The notes under the pieces were generated by a model. It was not told the origin of the DNA. It did no database searches and worked only from the letters and a program-made list of their open reading frames with translations. Made by a program: the position numbers and the translations under genes. This document shows, in pieces, positions 1-9,303 of a DNA stretch of 60,497 nucleotides (positions within the stretch are counted from its first letter, which is position 1; the number at the start of each line of letters is the position of its first letter). Origin of the DNA: an uncultured Clostridia bacterium (GTDB lineage: Bacteria; Bacillota; Clostridia; Oscillospirales; CAG-272); the NCBI GenBank assembly GCA_946404035.1, contig CAMJCC010000002.1, forward strand, positions 1 through 60,497, given 5' to 3'.

Positions 1-614
1 TCGGGGAGGACGGCGCGACCCACCAGTGCTGCGAGGACTTCGCCCTGATGCGCGTGATCCCCGGGATGACGGTGATCTGTCCTGCCGACGGACCCGAGAC
101 CTATCTCGCTGTCGAAGCGGCGCTGAAATGGGACGGCCCCGTCTACCTCCGCTTCGGACGTTACGCCGTTCCCGAGGTGACCGCGGGTGATAACGTCGCC
201 CCGTTCGAGATCGGGCGCGGGCGTCTGCTCCGGGAGGGCAAGGACGTCACGATCGTGGCGATCGGCTATATGGTGCACCTCGCACTGGAAGCCGCCGATC
301 TGCTCGCCGCCGAGGGAATTTCGGCGGAGGTGATCGATATGCACACCTTAAAGCCCCTCGATACGGAACTACTCGTTAAGTCGGCGGAAAAGACCGGCGC
401 CGTCGTCACGGCGGAGGAGCACAATATCATCGGCGGGCTGGGATCCGCCGTCGCCGAGGCGCTCTCCGAGAATTGCCCCGTCCCGTTTGAACGGGTCGGC
501 GTGCGCGATACTTTCGGGCGCAGCGGCAAGGTGCCGCAGCTGCTCGAACTCTACGGACTGACCTCCGCCGAGATCGTCGCCAAAGCCAAAGCCGCGATCG
601 CAAGGAAAAAGTAA
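1..614 (+). CDS. Transketolase, C-terminal subunit (5' partial; reading frame enters from the window edge)
   Basis: The frame from nt 3 reads GEDGATHQ..., the transketolase pyrimidine-binding motif. It continues MRVIPGMTVICPADGPE...VYLRFGR and a C-terminal domain. Stop codon at 612-614. Confidence 0.9.
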   Translation, partial: GEDGATHQCCEDFALMRVIPGMTVICPADGPETYLAVEAALKWDGPVYLRFGRYAVPEVTAGDNVAPFEIGRGRLLREGKDVTIVAIGYMVHLALEAADLLAAEGISAEVIDMHTLKPLDTELLVKSAEKTGAVVTAEEHNIIGGLGSAVAEALSENCPVPFERVGVRDTFGRSGKVPQLLELYGLTSAEIVAKAKAAIARKK

Positions 615-628
615 AAAGAGAAAACGAA

Positions 629-660
629 GCGCCCGCGCGAAACCGCGCGGGCGCTTTTCT
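629..660. terminator. GC-rich hairpin plus T-run after the transketolase gene
   Basis: gcgcccgcgcg-aaac-cgcgcgggcgc followed by ttttct. Confidence 0.7.
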
Positions 661-674
661 GTTGTCGGGGTCAC

Positions 675-1751
675 TTAAATCCCGTAGATCTTTTTCAGGA
701 CCGGCGTCAAAGCCAGCGCCATCTTGCGCATCCCGAGATCGTTCGGGTGACACCACTCGACGGTGCATTCGTCCTCGAGGTCCCCCGCGAAGATCGTGTA
801 GCCGTCGACGAAGTAGACGTTCTTGTCGCCCGAGGCGACCGCGTCGCGCCAGACGCTCTCAATGTAGTCGCGGCGGATCTTGCGGTGCCAGCCGTGCGTG
901 CCGGGGGCGGTCATAAAGACGAAGGGAAGGGTGGGGTTTTTGTCCCGGACGGCGCGATACAGGTTCGGGAGGGTCGCTTGCAGGTGTTCAAGCGAGGGGG
1001 CGTTGTGGTCGTAGTCGGACACGAAACACGACATTTCAAGCCCCGCCATATAGTCGACGAGTTCGGGCTCGCCCTTCGCCGCGCCGGCGAAACCGAGGTT
1101 GATAAAGTCGAGGTTCAGGTACTTGGAGAGGATCGCCTGGTAGGTCAGCCCGGGACGAGAGGCGCAGGCGCCCTCGGTGATGCTGCTGCCGTAGAAAACG
1201 GCGGGCAGGGGGTTCACGTAGGGGATGCCGCCGGACAGAGTGGAACCCTTTTTCAGACCGATCCAGAGGTTCTTGACCGTCCCGTAGGGCGGAAAGTTCA
1301 AGGTCAGGTGGCGCTCGGTCTCCTCCCCGAGTTCGACGATCCCGGCAAAATCGTGTTCCCCGAGTTTGCTCGTCGGGGGCATAAAGGGATTGATAAACAC
1401 CGTTTCGCCGTTCGCGCGGTTCTCGTACAGGTCGAACCCCTGCGCGCCGGAGAGCGGCATGTGCGGCATCACGCCGATCTTGTAATGGGTCTCGCAGAGC
1501 AGGGCGACGTAGGGGGAGTTGGTCGAGAAGCGGACGCGCCCGCCCGCGGGACGGAGGTTCAGATCGTCCACTTTCCCGCCGACGCGTTTACCTACGTCGA
1601 ACGGGAAGCGGTGAAAAGGGGAGGAGGCGTCGGTCGGGTCGCACAGTCCGTAGATCGAGACGGGTGCCTGTCGCACGTCGTACCAGACGAGATCCTCGCG
1701 GTTGACGTCGTCGGGGATCTTGAAATTGCTGTCGATTTCGGTGATATTCAT
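675..1751 (-). CDS. SGNH/GDSL-family hydrolase (carbohydrate-esterase-like)
   Basis: Block I FYGSSITEG and block V CHPNDLG. The preferred start is MNITEIDS (ATG at 1751), not the longer ORF-track start. Confidence 0.75.
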   Translation of the reverse strand: MNITEIDSNFKIPDDVNREDLVWYDVRQAPVSIYGLCDPTDASSPFHRFPFDVGKRVGGKVDDLNLRPAGGRVRFSTNSPYVALLCETHYKIGVMPHMPLSGAQGFDLYENRANGETVFINPFMPPTSKLGEHDFAGIVELGEETERHLTLNFPPYGTVKNLWIGLKKGSTLSGGIPYVNPLPAVFYGSSITEGACASRPGLTYQAILSKYLNLDFINLGFAGAAKGEPELVDYMAGLEMSCFVSDYDHNAPSLEHLQATLPNLYRAVRDKNPTLPFVFMTAPGTHGWHRKIRRDYIESVWRDAVASGDKNVYFVDGYTIFAGDLEDECTVEWCHPNDLGMRKMALALTPVLKKIYGI

Positions 1752-1810
1752 ATCGGGTCCTTTCGGAAAAACGTTCGGATAAAGTGTAGCACAAGACGTG
1801 TCTCTTGTCA

Positions 1811-1840
1811 AGAAAAACGCGCCCGGAAATTCCGGGCGCG
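1811..1840 (-). terminator. Intrinsic terminator downstream of the SleB-like gene
   Basis: cgcgcccgga/tccgggcgcg hairpin followed by a T-run on the minus strand. Confidence 0.65.
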
Positions 1841-1845
1841 GCGCC

Positions 1846-2724
1846 TTATGAGAAAAAACGGTGATGACCGACCGTAAACAGGTACGGTCTGTTGTTCTCT
1901 ATCCAGTATGAGGTCGCTTTAGTCGGTTCGTAGAAGAAGAGCGCGCGGTCGGATACCGTGTACCCCTCGAGACAGATCTTTGCCGCGACGGTCGAGATCC
2001 AGTAGGGGGCGGCGTAGACCGTGCCGTTTGCGACCGGGGTGAACTGCACGCCGTCCTTGCGGTCGAAGATCACGCCCCAGATGGTGTTTGGAAAGGCGGT
2101 CGAGCGCACGCGGTTCAGGATCACGTTCCCGACGGCGATCTGCCCGGCGAGCGGCTCTCCCCGGCTCTCCGCCGAGATGATGTGCGAGAGCCAGTACAGC
2201 GCGTCGGGGTCGTAGACGGCGTCGCCCGGGAGGGGAGGGGTAAAGGCGCCGGAGAGCGTGACCGACGCTATCGCGGGGGTGTAGACGATATTCATCCCGG
2301 TCAGTTTCCGCGCGGTTTCAAGCGGGATATAGAGGTCGCCGTCCGAGAGCACGGCGACGGGATGCGGGTCGTAAAAGACCCGACCGTTTACCGTGAGGTA
2401 GGTCGCGCCGCTCCAAGCAGAGACCGAAAGCCCCGGGGCGTCGAGCGTCCAACCGTCGGCGGCGTTCTTCACCCGACAGTCGGCGTACAGGTCGGCAAGT
2501 TCGGCGACGGGGAGATAGGGCGTGTCGCCGATCAGCCGCCCGTTCATGGCGAGCCGCGCCCGACCGAGGCGGACGGTCAGCGGCTTGTGCGCGGAGAGGG
2601 CACGGTCGGGGACGGCGTAGGCGGGGAGGGTTTTCTCCCCCGCGGCGAGGGCGGGCAGAGCGAGCGCAAAGCAGAAGAGAAGAGAGAAGAGCAGCGAAAA
2701 GACGCGCAAAAGACGAGGGGGCAT
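1846..2724 (-). CDS. Secreted cell-wall hydrolase, SleB/Hydrolase_2 family, with an N-terminal stalk domain
   Basis: Signal peptide MPPRLLRVFSLLFSLLFCFALALPALAAG. C-terminal ISAESRGEPLAGQIAVGNVILNRV...VQFTPV is the typical SleB catalytic-domain signature. Start taken at ATG 2724. Confidence 0.8.
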   Translation of the reverse strand: MPPRLLRVFSLLFSLLFCFALALPALAAGEKTLPAYAVPDRALSAHKPLTVRLGRARLAMNGRLIGDTPYLPVAELADLYADCRVKNAADGWTLDAPGLSVSAWSGATYLTVNGRVFYDPHPVAVLSDGDLYIPLETARKLTGMNIVYTPAIASVTLSGAFTPPLPGDAVYDPDALYWLSHIISAESRGEPLAGQIAVGNVILNRVRSTAFPNTIWGVIFDRKDGVQFTPVANGTVYAAPYWISTVAAKICLEGYTVSDRALFFYEPTKATSYWIENNRPYLFTVGHHRFFS

Positions 2725-2927
2725 CCTATGTATTTCCTTTCCCGGGGAACGCCGGCATTTCCCGTATCGCGTTTTCTTTCCGGCAGTTCCAGTATACACC
2801 GGACCGCGCCGTTTTCGCAAGGAACAATAACCGGAAAGAAAGGAAAGAAAACTCAAGCGGTACCGGAAAAAATAAGGACCGCCCCCCGGTCGGGGGACGG
2901 TCGTTTTCGTCGGTCGTTTGAAACGCG

Positions 2928-4760
2928 TCAGACCGAGCGCAATTCTTTCGGCAGATCGCCGTAGAGGTAGAGCGAACCGCAGATCAAGACCATCTTGCGG
3001 CGCCCTTTCGCCCGCTCGATCGCCTCGGTCAGCGTATCGCACGCCTCGCCCGCGATCCCGAGTTCCGCCGCCCGGATGGCAAGGTCCGCGGCGGGGAGGG
3101 CGCGGGGATTGTTCTGCACCGTCGTGAAGAGGAATTCGCGGCCCGGTTCGGCAAGCAGTTTGAGCGAGGGGGCGATATCCTTGTCCTTCATACAGGCGAA
3201 GACGACGGTCATCTCGCGGCGGGGAAAATAGCGGTCGAGCGAGGCGTTCAGCGCGCGGATCCCGTTGGGATTGTGTCCGCCGTCGTAGAGGATGATCGGG
3301 TCGCGGGAGAGCAGTTCCAGCCGACCCGGATGACGGGCGGCGGCGATCCCGGAGGCGACGGCGTCGGGCGCGATCCCGAGCCGGAGCGCGACCTCCGCCG
3401 CAAGGCAGGCGTTCTCGATCTGGTGGATGCCGCCGAGCGACGGGGCAAGATCCAGACCGTTATAGGTGAAACGCTCGAAGACCTCGTCAAACTCACCCGG
3501 CGCGGGCGGGTCGATGAAGACGGGGGTCACGCCGACCTCCGCCGCGCGACAGCGGATGGCGCGCTCGGCGTCGGGGGACTGCGGAGCCGAGAAGACCAGC
3601 CCCGTTTCGCACGCCGCCTTGATGATCTTGCTCTTGGTCACGGCGATCTTTTCGATCGTGTCGCCGAGGTATTCGACGTGGTCGAGGTCGATCCTGGTCA
3701 AGATCGCCGCGACGTTGCCCGGGATGACGTTGGTCGCGTCGAACTCGCCGCCAAGCCCGGTTTCGAGTACGACGTAATCGACCGCCCTCTCCGCAAAGTA
3801 GAGGAACGCGACCGCCGTCCAGATCTCGAACTGCGTCGGGGCCTCGTGAAGCGTCGCTTCGGTCTCTTTTGCCGCGGCTTCGACCCGCCCGAGCAGACGG
3901 TCGAGGTCTGCGTCCCCGATCGGTTCGCCGTTCAGGGCGATGCGCTCGTTCACCCGCACCAGATTGGGCGAAGTGTAGAGCCCGACCGAATAACCCGCTT
4001 TTTCAAGGATCGCCGCAAGGTACGCGGCGACCGATCCCTTGCCGTTGGTGCCGGCGATATGCAGGAAGCGAAGATCCTTTTCGGGGTTGCCGAGCAGGGA
4101 GAGCAGGTCGCTTTCACGCTCCAGTCCCAGCCGGGAGACCGTCTGAAAACTGTTGGCGTAGATCTTGAAATCGCCGGTCGCCGTCGGCTCGGTCGCGCGG
4201 TAGACGCCGCGCCGGTCTTTCGCCCGCTGCGAGAGGGCGCGCAGAAACGCCGGAAGCCCGTAGCGGCAGACGAGGAAGAGCGCGGCCACCCGGATCGGAT
4301 AGTTGACCAGGGCATTGATGGTCCGGGTGTAGAGCGCGGCGGCGTAGGACGGGGCGTACCCCATGATCTTGAAGACCGCCGACATCAGAAACACGTCCAC
4401 GCCCGCCCCGAGGACGAACAGGGTCAGACAGATCAGGGGGAGCGTCGGACGGCGGCGGTAGAGAAAGAGCCCGAGGACCAGCCCCGACGTCACTTTACAG
4501 GCGAGGATCAGCGGGTTCATCCCCGTCGTGACGAGCGACCCGATCAGGTCGGCGAGCCCGTAGCAGACGCCGGAATAGAGGGGACCCGCCAGTATCCCGA
4601 CCAGAGCGACCGGGAGAAACCCGAGCTCGACCCGGAACATCGTGTTCGCGGGACTGTACCCGAGAAAGCGGCAGAGCACGATGGACAGCGCCGTCATCAC
4701 GGCGGTCAGCGTGATCTTCTCGAGAGGGGAAAGACGGATCTCGGACGGTTGTTTTTGCAT
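2928..4760 (-). CDS. folC: Fusion protein: N-terminal ECF-type folate S-component (FolT-like, about 190 aa, multi-TM) plus C-terminal folylpolyglutamate synthase/dihydrofolate synthase (FolC)
   Basis: The N-terminal part carries TM helices (LTAVMTALSIVLCRF..., LGFLPVALVGILAGP...). It is followed by the Mur-ligase P-loop HIAGTNGKGS and FolC-like VLETGLGG, DHVEYLG and YDGGHNP motifs. Start at MQKQPSEI with an AGGAGG ribosome-binding site (RBS). Confidence 0.85.
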   Translation of the reverse strand: MQKQPSEIRLSPLEKITLTAVMTALSIVLCRFLGYSPANTMFRVELGFLPVALVGILAGPLYSGVCYGLADLIGSLVTTGMNPLILACKVTSGLVLGLFLYRRRPTLPLICLTLFVLGAGVDVFLMSAVFKIMGYAPSYAAALYTRTINALVNYPIRVAALFLVCRYGLPAFLRALSQRAKDRRGVYRATEPTATGDFKIYANSFQTVSRLGLERESDLLSLLGNPEKDLRFLHIAGTNGKGSVAAYLAAILEKAGYSVGLYTSPNLVRVNERIALNGEPIGDADLDRLLGRVEAAAKETEATLHEAPTQFEIWTAVAFLYFAERAVDYVVLETGLGGEFDATNVIPGNVAAILTRIDLDHVEYLGDTIEKIAVTKSKIIKAACETGLVFSAPQSPDAERAIRCRAAEVGVTPVFIDPPAPGEFDEVFERFTYNGLDLAPSLGGIHQIENACLAAEVALRLGIAPDAVASGIAAARHPGRLELLSRDPIILYDGGHNPNGIRALNASLDRYFPRREMTVVFACMKDKDIAPSLKLLAEPGREFLFTTVQNNPRALPAADLAIRAAELGIAGEACDTLTEAIERAKGRRKMVLICGSLYLYGDLPKELRSV

Positions 4761-4822
4761 AAAAAAAGTCCTCCTTCGCAAAATCATCTCGTTCTGCGCG
4801 GAGGATCATACCCGGGCGCCGA

Positions 4823-4927
4823 ACAGCGGGATGCGGGCGGTTCACTGTGACGGCGAAAACCGTTCTTCGTCCGCCCGGCAACTCCCCGTCCCGGCGGCAC
4901 TCGACACGAACCGACCTACTCTGTCTG
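4823..4927 (-). promoter_or_regulatory. THF (tetrahydrofolate, class I) riboswitch in the folT-folC leader, with an SD-sequestering helix downstream
   Basis: The minus-strand RNA reads ACAGAGUAGGUCGGUUCGUGUCGAG...GGGACG...ACGAAG...GUGAACCGCC-CGCAUCCCGCUGU. This matches the conserved AGAGUAG, UUCGCGUUAAG-like, GGGAUG-like, ACGAAG and GCAUCCGCU segments of the E. siraeum THF aptamer as I recall it. P2 shows compensatory pairing (GGUCGGUUC/GAACCGCC). Downstream, UCCUCC...GGAGGA can pair and occlude the RBS. Confidence 0.75.
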
Positions 4928-4939
4928 CGTTTTTTGTAT

Positions 4940-4968
4940 ATTGTAGCACGCCCCGTCGGTTTTTGCAA
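4940..4968 (-). promoter_or_regulatory. Sigma-A-type promoter for folT-folC
   Basis: On the minus strand: TTGCAA, 17-nt spacer, TACAAT, just upstream of the riboswitch. Confidence 0.65.
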
Positions 4969-5028
4969 GAGGGGAAAGAACATTTTCGGAAAAAACCGGG
5001 CGGATTTTTTGAAAGTTCCCGCGAGCGA

Positions 5029-5057
5029 TTGACAAAAATATTGAATAGTGTTATAAT
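5029..5057 (+). promoter_or_regulatory. Sigma-A-type promoter for the wzz/BY-kinase pair
   Basis: TTGACA, 17-nt spacer, TATAAT, with TG one nt upstream of the -10 (extended -10). Confidence 0.7.
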
Positions 5058-5137
5058 ACGGTTGGTCGAGTATGAGTACCGCCGCGCACCGAGCGGGCGG
5101 CTCGTCATGATAAGAACACAGAAACGGAGAAACGGTT

Positions 5138-5935
5138 TTGAACACAACGAATGCAAACAAAGAGGAAAAGGCGATCACCGTAGCCGACCTCTGGCGGGTC
5201 TTTCTCACGGCGCTTCCGCTGATGATCATCGCGGCGGTCCTGATCGTCGGGATCGGGTACGCGTACCGGAAAATGACCTATCATCCGCAGTATACCTCAA
5301 AGGGATCGTTCCTCGTGCTGCGAGACCGCACGCAGACGGGGGAGAACCTCAACACCGGCAGTGAAACGCAGCTTGCCCTCCTGCTCCTCGAGACCTGCCA
5401 CCAGGTCGTGGAAAGCGACGGCGTGCGCGAACAGACGGCGGAAAAACTGAAAGAAGAGGGACGGAACGTGACGGCGGGAAGCCTCAAAGCGGCGCTTAAG
5501 GTCACGACCACCGAACAGTCGCTCATCATGACCATCCGCGCCACCTCCGCCGACAAAACGTTGGCGAAGCGGATCCTCGAGGTCTTTATGGAGACGGCGA
5601 AAGACAAGGTCGATATCCTGATCACCAACGGCAACGAGTTTATGTCGTATTGCGACGAGCCGAGCGACGCCGTCCTGTCCAGCAGTTTCGGGATGTTCAA
5701 GATCGTGCTGATCGGGATCCTCGGTGCGTTCGCCGTCTACGGCGTGTACCTGATCATCGATATCCTCGACGACCGCATCCGGACCGGCGAGGACATCTCC
5801 GACGTCGCCGGCTTGACCCTGCTCGGGATCATCCCCGACGCCAACTCCTCCGAACGGAAATACTCCTACAAATACGGAAGAAGATACGGCAAACAGTACG
5901 GCGGCGCGTCCGGCGCAGAGAAAAAGGAGGGCTGA
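5138..5935 (+). CDS. Wzz/CpsC/YwqC-type polysaccharide co-polymerase (BY-kinase transmembrane modulator)
   Basis: Two TM segments flank an extracellular domain. It lies directly upstream of the kinase. TTG start. It has an unusual Tyr-rich C-terminal tail, KYSYKYGRRYGKQY. Confidence 0.75.
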   Translation: MNTTNANKEEKAITVADLWRVFLTALPLMIIAAVLIVGIGYAYRKMTYHPQYTSKGSFLVLRDRTQTGENLNTGSETQLALLLLETCHQVVESDGVREQTAEKLKEEGRNVTAGSLKAALKVTTTEQSLIMTIRATSADKTLAKRILEVFMETAKDKVDILITNGNEFMSYCDEPSDAVLSSSFGMFKIVLIGILGAFAVYGVYLIIDILDDRIRTGEDISDVAGLTLLGIIPDANSSERKYSYKYGRRYGKQYGGASGAEKKEG

Positions 5936-5939
5936 AACA

Positions 5940-6629
5940 ATGAACGTGACCTTCCGTTTTCCTCTTGAGGACAACTACTTCATCAACGAGGCGTTCAACG
6001 CCCTGTCGATCAATCTTCGCTTCTCGGGTCCCGACCGCAAGGTCATCACGATGACCAGCTGCTTTGAGAACGAGGGCAAGTCGTTTACGGTCCTGCAGCT
6101 CGCCAAGCACCTCTGCCAGGACGGCAAACGCGTGATCGTGATCGACGCCGATATGAGAAAGTCGCAGATGGTCGCCAAGTACACCGACCTCTCGGGCATC
6201 AAGGGTCTTTCCGAGGTGCTCTCCGAGATGGCGACGCTCGACGAGGTGCTCTACCACGTCGACAACATCCCCGGGATGGACATCGTCTTCTCGGGCGACT
6301 ATCCCCCGAACCCCTGCGTTTTGCTCGGCAACCACCGCTTTAACGACCTGATCGCGCAGTTCCGCGAACAGTACGACTACGTGCTGATCGACAACGCGCC
6401 GCTGGTCCCGGTGGTCGACGCGATCCTGTGCGCGAAGATCTCGGACGGCGTGGTGCTGGTCGTCAACCGCGGCAAAGTGCGGCAGAAAGTCCTGCGTACG
6501 GTGTGCGGACAGATCGAGCAGAGCGGCACCGAGCTGATCGGCGTCATTTTGAACGACAACGGCAAAAGAAAATCGATCCTCGGTCTGAAACGCAGACCGA
6601 AGAACGAGATCGGCAAATACTATAAGTGA
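5940..6629 (+). CDS. CpsD/CapB/YwqD-type protein-tyrosine kinase (BY-kinase)
   Basis: Walker A SCFENEGKSFT, Walker A' VIVIDADMR, Walker B VLIDNAPL. GGAGGG RBS. Confidence 0.85.
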   Translation: MNVTFRFPLEDNYFINEAFNALSINLRFSGPDRKVITMTSCFENEGKSFTVLQLAKHLCQDGKRVIVIDADMRKSQMVAKYTDLSGIKGLSEVLSEMATLDEVLYHVDNIPGMDIVFSGDYPPNPCVLLGNHRFNDLIAQFREQYDYVLIDNAPLVPVVDAILCAKISDGVVLVVNRGKVRQKVLRTVCGQIEQSGTELIGVILNDNGKRKSILGLKRRPKNEIGKYYK

Positions 6630-6646
6630 CCGACCCGAAAAAACGA

Positions 6647-6676
6647 CCCCGGCGCAAAACGCGCCGGGGCTTTTTT
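6647..6676. terminator. Bidirectional terminator between the convergent kinase gene and pcrA
   Basis: ccccggcgc-aaaac-gcgccgggg hairpin flanked by an A-run and a T-run. Confidence 0.75.
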
Positions 6677-9083
6677 ATAGCGGTTTCAGTTTGGCGTAGG
6701 TGCCCATCAGTTTCTTTGTCGTGCCGTTGTCGAACCTGACTTCAAAGAGGACGTCGCCCCCCATCTCGCGGGAGGAGATCACGGTCCCCGCGCCGAAAAC
6801 GGCGTGGGCGACGCGGGTCCCGTCGGCGAACCGGGTCACGCCGTAACCGGCGGGACGGTCGGCGGGCTTTTGCGCCGGACGGCGGAAAGGCGAGGCGGGC
6901 GAACTGCTCCCGACGGGGGAGAGGGGAACGGGGCGGGACGCGGGGCGCGGCGAGCCGAAGCCGCCGCTTCTCTTCGAGCCGCTCTCGCGCTCGGTCAGGT
7001 CGGCGGGAATCTCGTCGGAGATGAAGCGGGACAGGCGGTTGCAGACCGTTTTGCCGTACAGCATCCGCTCGTTCGTGTGCGTGACCCAGAGCCGGTCTTT
7101 TGCCCGGGTGACGGCGACGTAGGCGAGCCGCCGCTCCTCGTTCATTTCGGAGGGGTTATAGATCGACTGCGTGCTGGGGAAGACCCCCTCTTCCGCGCCG
7201 GCGAGGAACACCTCGGGGAACTCCAGCCCTTTCGCGCTGTGGATGGTCATCAGAACGACCGCGTCGGCGTTCTCGTCGTACTTGTCGACGTCGGAGATCA
7301 GGGCGACCTCCTCGAGGAAACCGACCAGGGTCGGGGAGGCGGCGCGGCTCTCGTATTCGACGGCGGCGGATACGAACTCGTTCACGCTGTCGATCCGGGT
7401 CTTCGCGACCTCGCCCTCGGCTTCCAGCATCGCCTTGTAACCCGTGCGCTCGAATACCTCCTCGATCAAGACCGAGGGCTTCATCTCCGCGCGGCGGAGT
7501 TGGTCGATCATATCGGTGAACGCGACCAGTCGCTCGGACGCTTTGGCAAGTTCGGGATACTCGGCGCCGTGCCGCATGACCTCCATCATCGGGATCTCTT
7601 TTTCTCTTGCGATCGCGGCGATCGCCTCGACGGTCCCCGCGCCGATCTTGCGCTTCGGCTCGTTGATGACGCGGCGCAGCCGCTGATCGTCGGCGTCGGA
7701 CAATACCAGGGTCAGGTACGCTACGACGTCCCGGATCTCCTTGCGGTCGTAGAAACGCTGGGAACCGAGGACGCGGTAGGGGATGCCGCTCTTGGCGAAC
7801 CCGCTTTCGAGCGAGCGGGAGAGTTCGTTCAGCCGGTAGAGCACGGCGAAATCGCGGTAGCGGCGACCCGCCCGGACGACCTGGCGCATCACGGTGTCGG
7901 TGATGAAGCGCGCCTCGTCGTTCTGGTCGGCGCAGGCGTGGACCACGATAGGGTCGCCCTCTTTTTGGTCGCACCAGAGGACCTTCTCGTGGCGGTCGCG
8001 GTTGTGGCTGATGACGGCGTTCGCCGCCGACAGGATGGTTTTGGTACTGCGGTAGTTCTGCTCGAGCTTGACGACCTTTGCGTCGGGGTAGTTGCGGTCG
8101 AAAGAAAGGATGTTTTCGACCGTCGCGCCGCGAAAGCGGTAGATGCTCTGGTCGTCGTCGCCGACCACCATCACGTTGCGGTAGCCGCCCGAGAGCAGTT
8201 CGGTCAGACGGAATTGCGCGGGGTTGGTGTCCTGGTACTCGTCGACCGAAACGTAACGGAACTTGGTCTGATAGAAGCGGAGCGCCTCCGCGTCCTTTTC
8301 CAGCAGTTCGACGGTCTTCATGATGATGTCGTCGAAATCGAGCGCGTTGTATTCGAGCAGCGTCGCCTGGTACGCGCGATAGATCTTCGCGATATCGCGG
8401 CGCTTGGGGTCGCCCTTGGTGTCGGGGGCGTACTCTTCGGGGGGGATCAGTTTGTCCTTCGCCGCGCTGATCTCGTTGGCGACCGTCCGGACGGGCAGCG
8501 CCTTTTCGTCGACGTTCAGTTCTTTCATCACGTCGAGCAGCAGCCGGCGTTTATCGTCGGTGTCGTAGATCGAGAAGCCGGGGCGGTAGCCGACCAGCTC
8601 CCCGTAGCGGTGCAGGATGCGCACGCAGATCGAGTGGAAGGTCCCCGCCCAGATCTCCTCGGAGACGGCGGGGTCGCGCAGCGCGGCGACGAGCCGTTCC
8701 TTGATCTCGCGCGCCGCCTTGTTGGTGAACGTGATGGCGAGCATGCCCCACGGGGGACAGGGTTCGGTGATGAATTCGGGCAGGATGTCGGTCTCGATGA
8801 CCCCGCTCGGCAGAGCGAGCGCCGCCTCCATCGCCGAAACGTCCCCCTCGGTCACTCCGTCGGGGACGCGGTCGGAGAGGTAGGCGTTGCCGAACTTGAT
8901 GATGTGGGTGATGCGGTTGACGAGCACGGTGGTCTTTCCGCTGCCGGCGCCGGCAAGGACCAGGAGGGGGCCGTTGACCGTGACCACCGCCTCCCGCTGT
9001 TTATCGTTCAGTTTTTCGGAGAGCACCTTGTCGAATAAACGGCGTTTTGCCGCCAGGTACCGCCGCCCGAGTTCCGTATCCAT
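6675..9083 (-). CDS. pcrA: ATP-dependent DNA helicase PcrA (UvrD/Rep superfamily 1)
   Basis: AGAGSGKT Walker A, VDEYQDTN motif II, and VTRAKDRL near the C-terminus. 802 aa. Confidence 0.92.
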   Translation of the reverse strand: MDTELGRRYLAAKRRLFDKVLSEKLNDKQREAVVTVNGPLLVLAGAGSGKTTVLVNRITHIIKFGNAYLSDRVPDGVTEGDVSAMEAALALPSGVIETDILPEFITEPCPPWGMLAITFTNKAAREIKERLVAALRDPAVSEEIWAGTFHSICVRILHRYGELVGYRPGFSIYDTDDKRRLLLDVMKELNVDEKALPVRTVANEISAAKDKLIPPEEYAPDTKGDPKRRDIAKIYRAYQATLLEYNALDFDDIIMKTVELLEKDAEALRFYQTKFRYVSVDEYQDTNPAQFRLTELLSGGYRNVMVVGDDDQSIYRFRGATVENILSFDRNYPDAKVVKLEQNYRSTKTILSAANAVISHNRDRHEKVLWCDQKEGDPIVVHACADQNDEARFITDTVMRQVVRAGRRYRDFAVLYRLNELSRSLESGFAKSGIPYRVLGSQRFYDRKEIRDVVAYLTLVLSDADDQRLRRVINEPKRKIGAGTVEAIAAIAREKEIPMMEVMRHGAEYPELAKASERLVAFTDMIDQLRRAEMKPSVLIEEVFERTGYKAMLEAEGEVAKTRIDSVNEFVSAAVEYESRAASPTLVGFLEEVALISDVDKYDENADAVVLMTIHSAKGLEFPEVFLAGAEEGVFPSTQSIYNPSEMNEERRLAYVAVTRAKDRLWVTHTNERMLYGKTVCNRLSRFISDEIPADLTERESGSKRSGGFGSPRPASRPVPLSPVGSSSPASPFRRPAQKPADRPAGYGVTRFADGTRVAHAVFGAGTVISSREMGGDVLFEVRFDNGTTKKLMGTYAKLKPL

Positions 9084-9223
9084 ACCGTCCCGTCGCTTTC
9101 TTTTCGGCTTTTCTCCTCATTATACCATATTTGCCGTCGTTTGGCAAGGGAGGGGAAAAAAGAAAAAGAAAAAAGCGGGGCTGGAACGGCGTTCTTTTGC
9201 AGCGAAAAAAACCGTTTCTCCCG

Positions 9224-9252
9224 TTGCATTCCCGCGCGCGCTATGTTATAAT
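9224..9252 (+). promoter_or_regulatory. Sigma-A-type promoter for the DUF1538/P-II operon
   Basis: TTGCAT, 17-nt spacer, TATAAT, with an upstream TG (extended -10). Confidence 0.65.
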
Positions 9253-9303
9253 GGTTTTATACGAGTATTCGGGCGGAAAAAGTCCGGGAAGAGAGGTGCG
9301 GCG

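Noticed and set aside
2725-3042. Long N-terminal extension of the SleB-like ORF that overlaps the 3' end of folC.
   Set aside because: A signal peptide begins at the internal Met (2724). The extension is Arg-rich and overlaps a convincing gene.
6804-9038. 744-aa ORF antisense to pcrA.
   Set aside because: pcrA on the minus strand has all the helicase motifs. The antisense frame is Gly/Arg/Asp/Val low-complexity sequence.
8887-9303. N-terminal 139-aa extension of the DUF1538 ORF that overlaps the pcrA 5' end and the intergenic promoter.
   Set aside because: The extension runs through the predicted promoter and a poly-A/K tract. The membrane protein begins downstream, so the GTG at 9304 was chosen.
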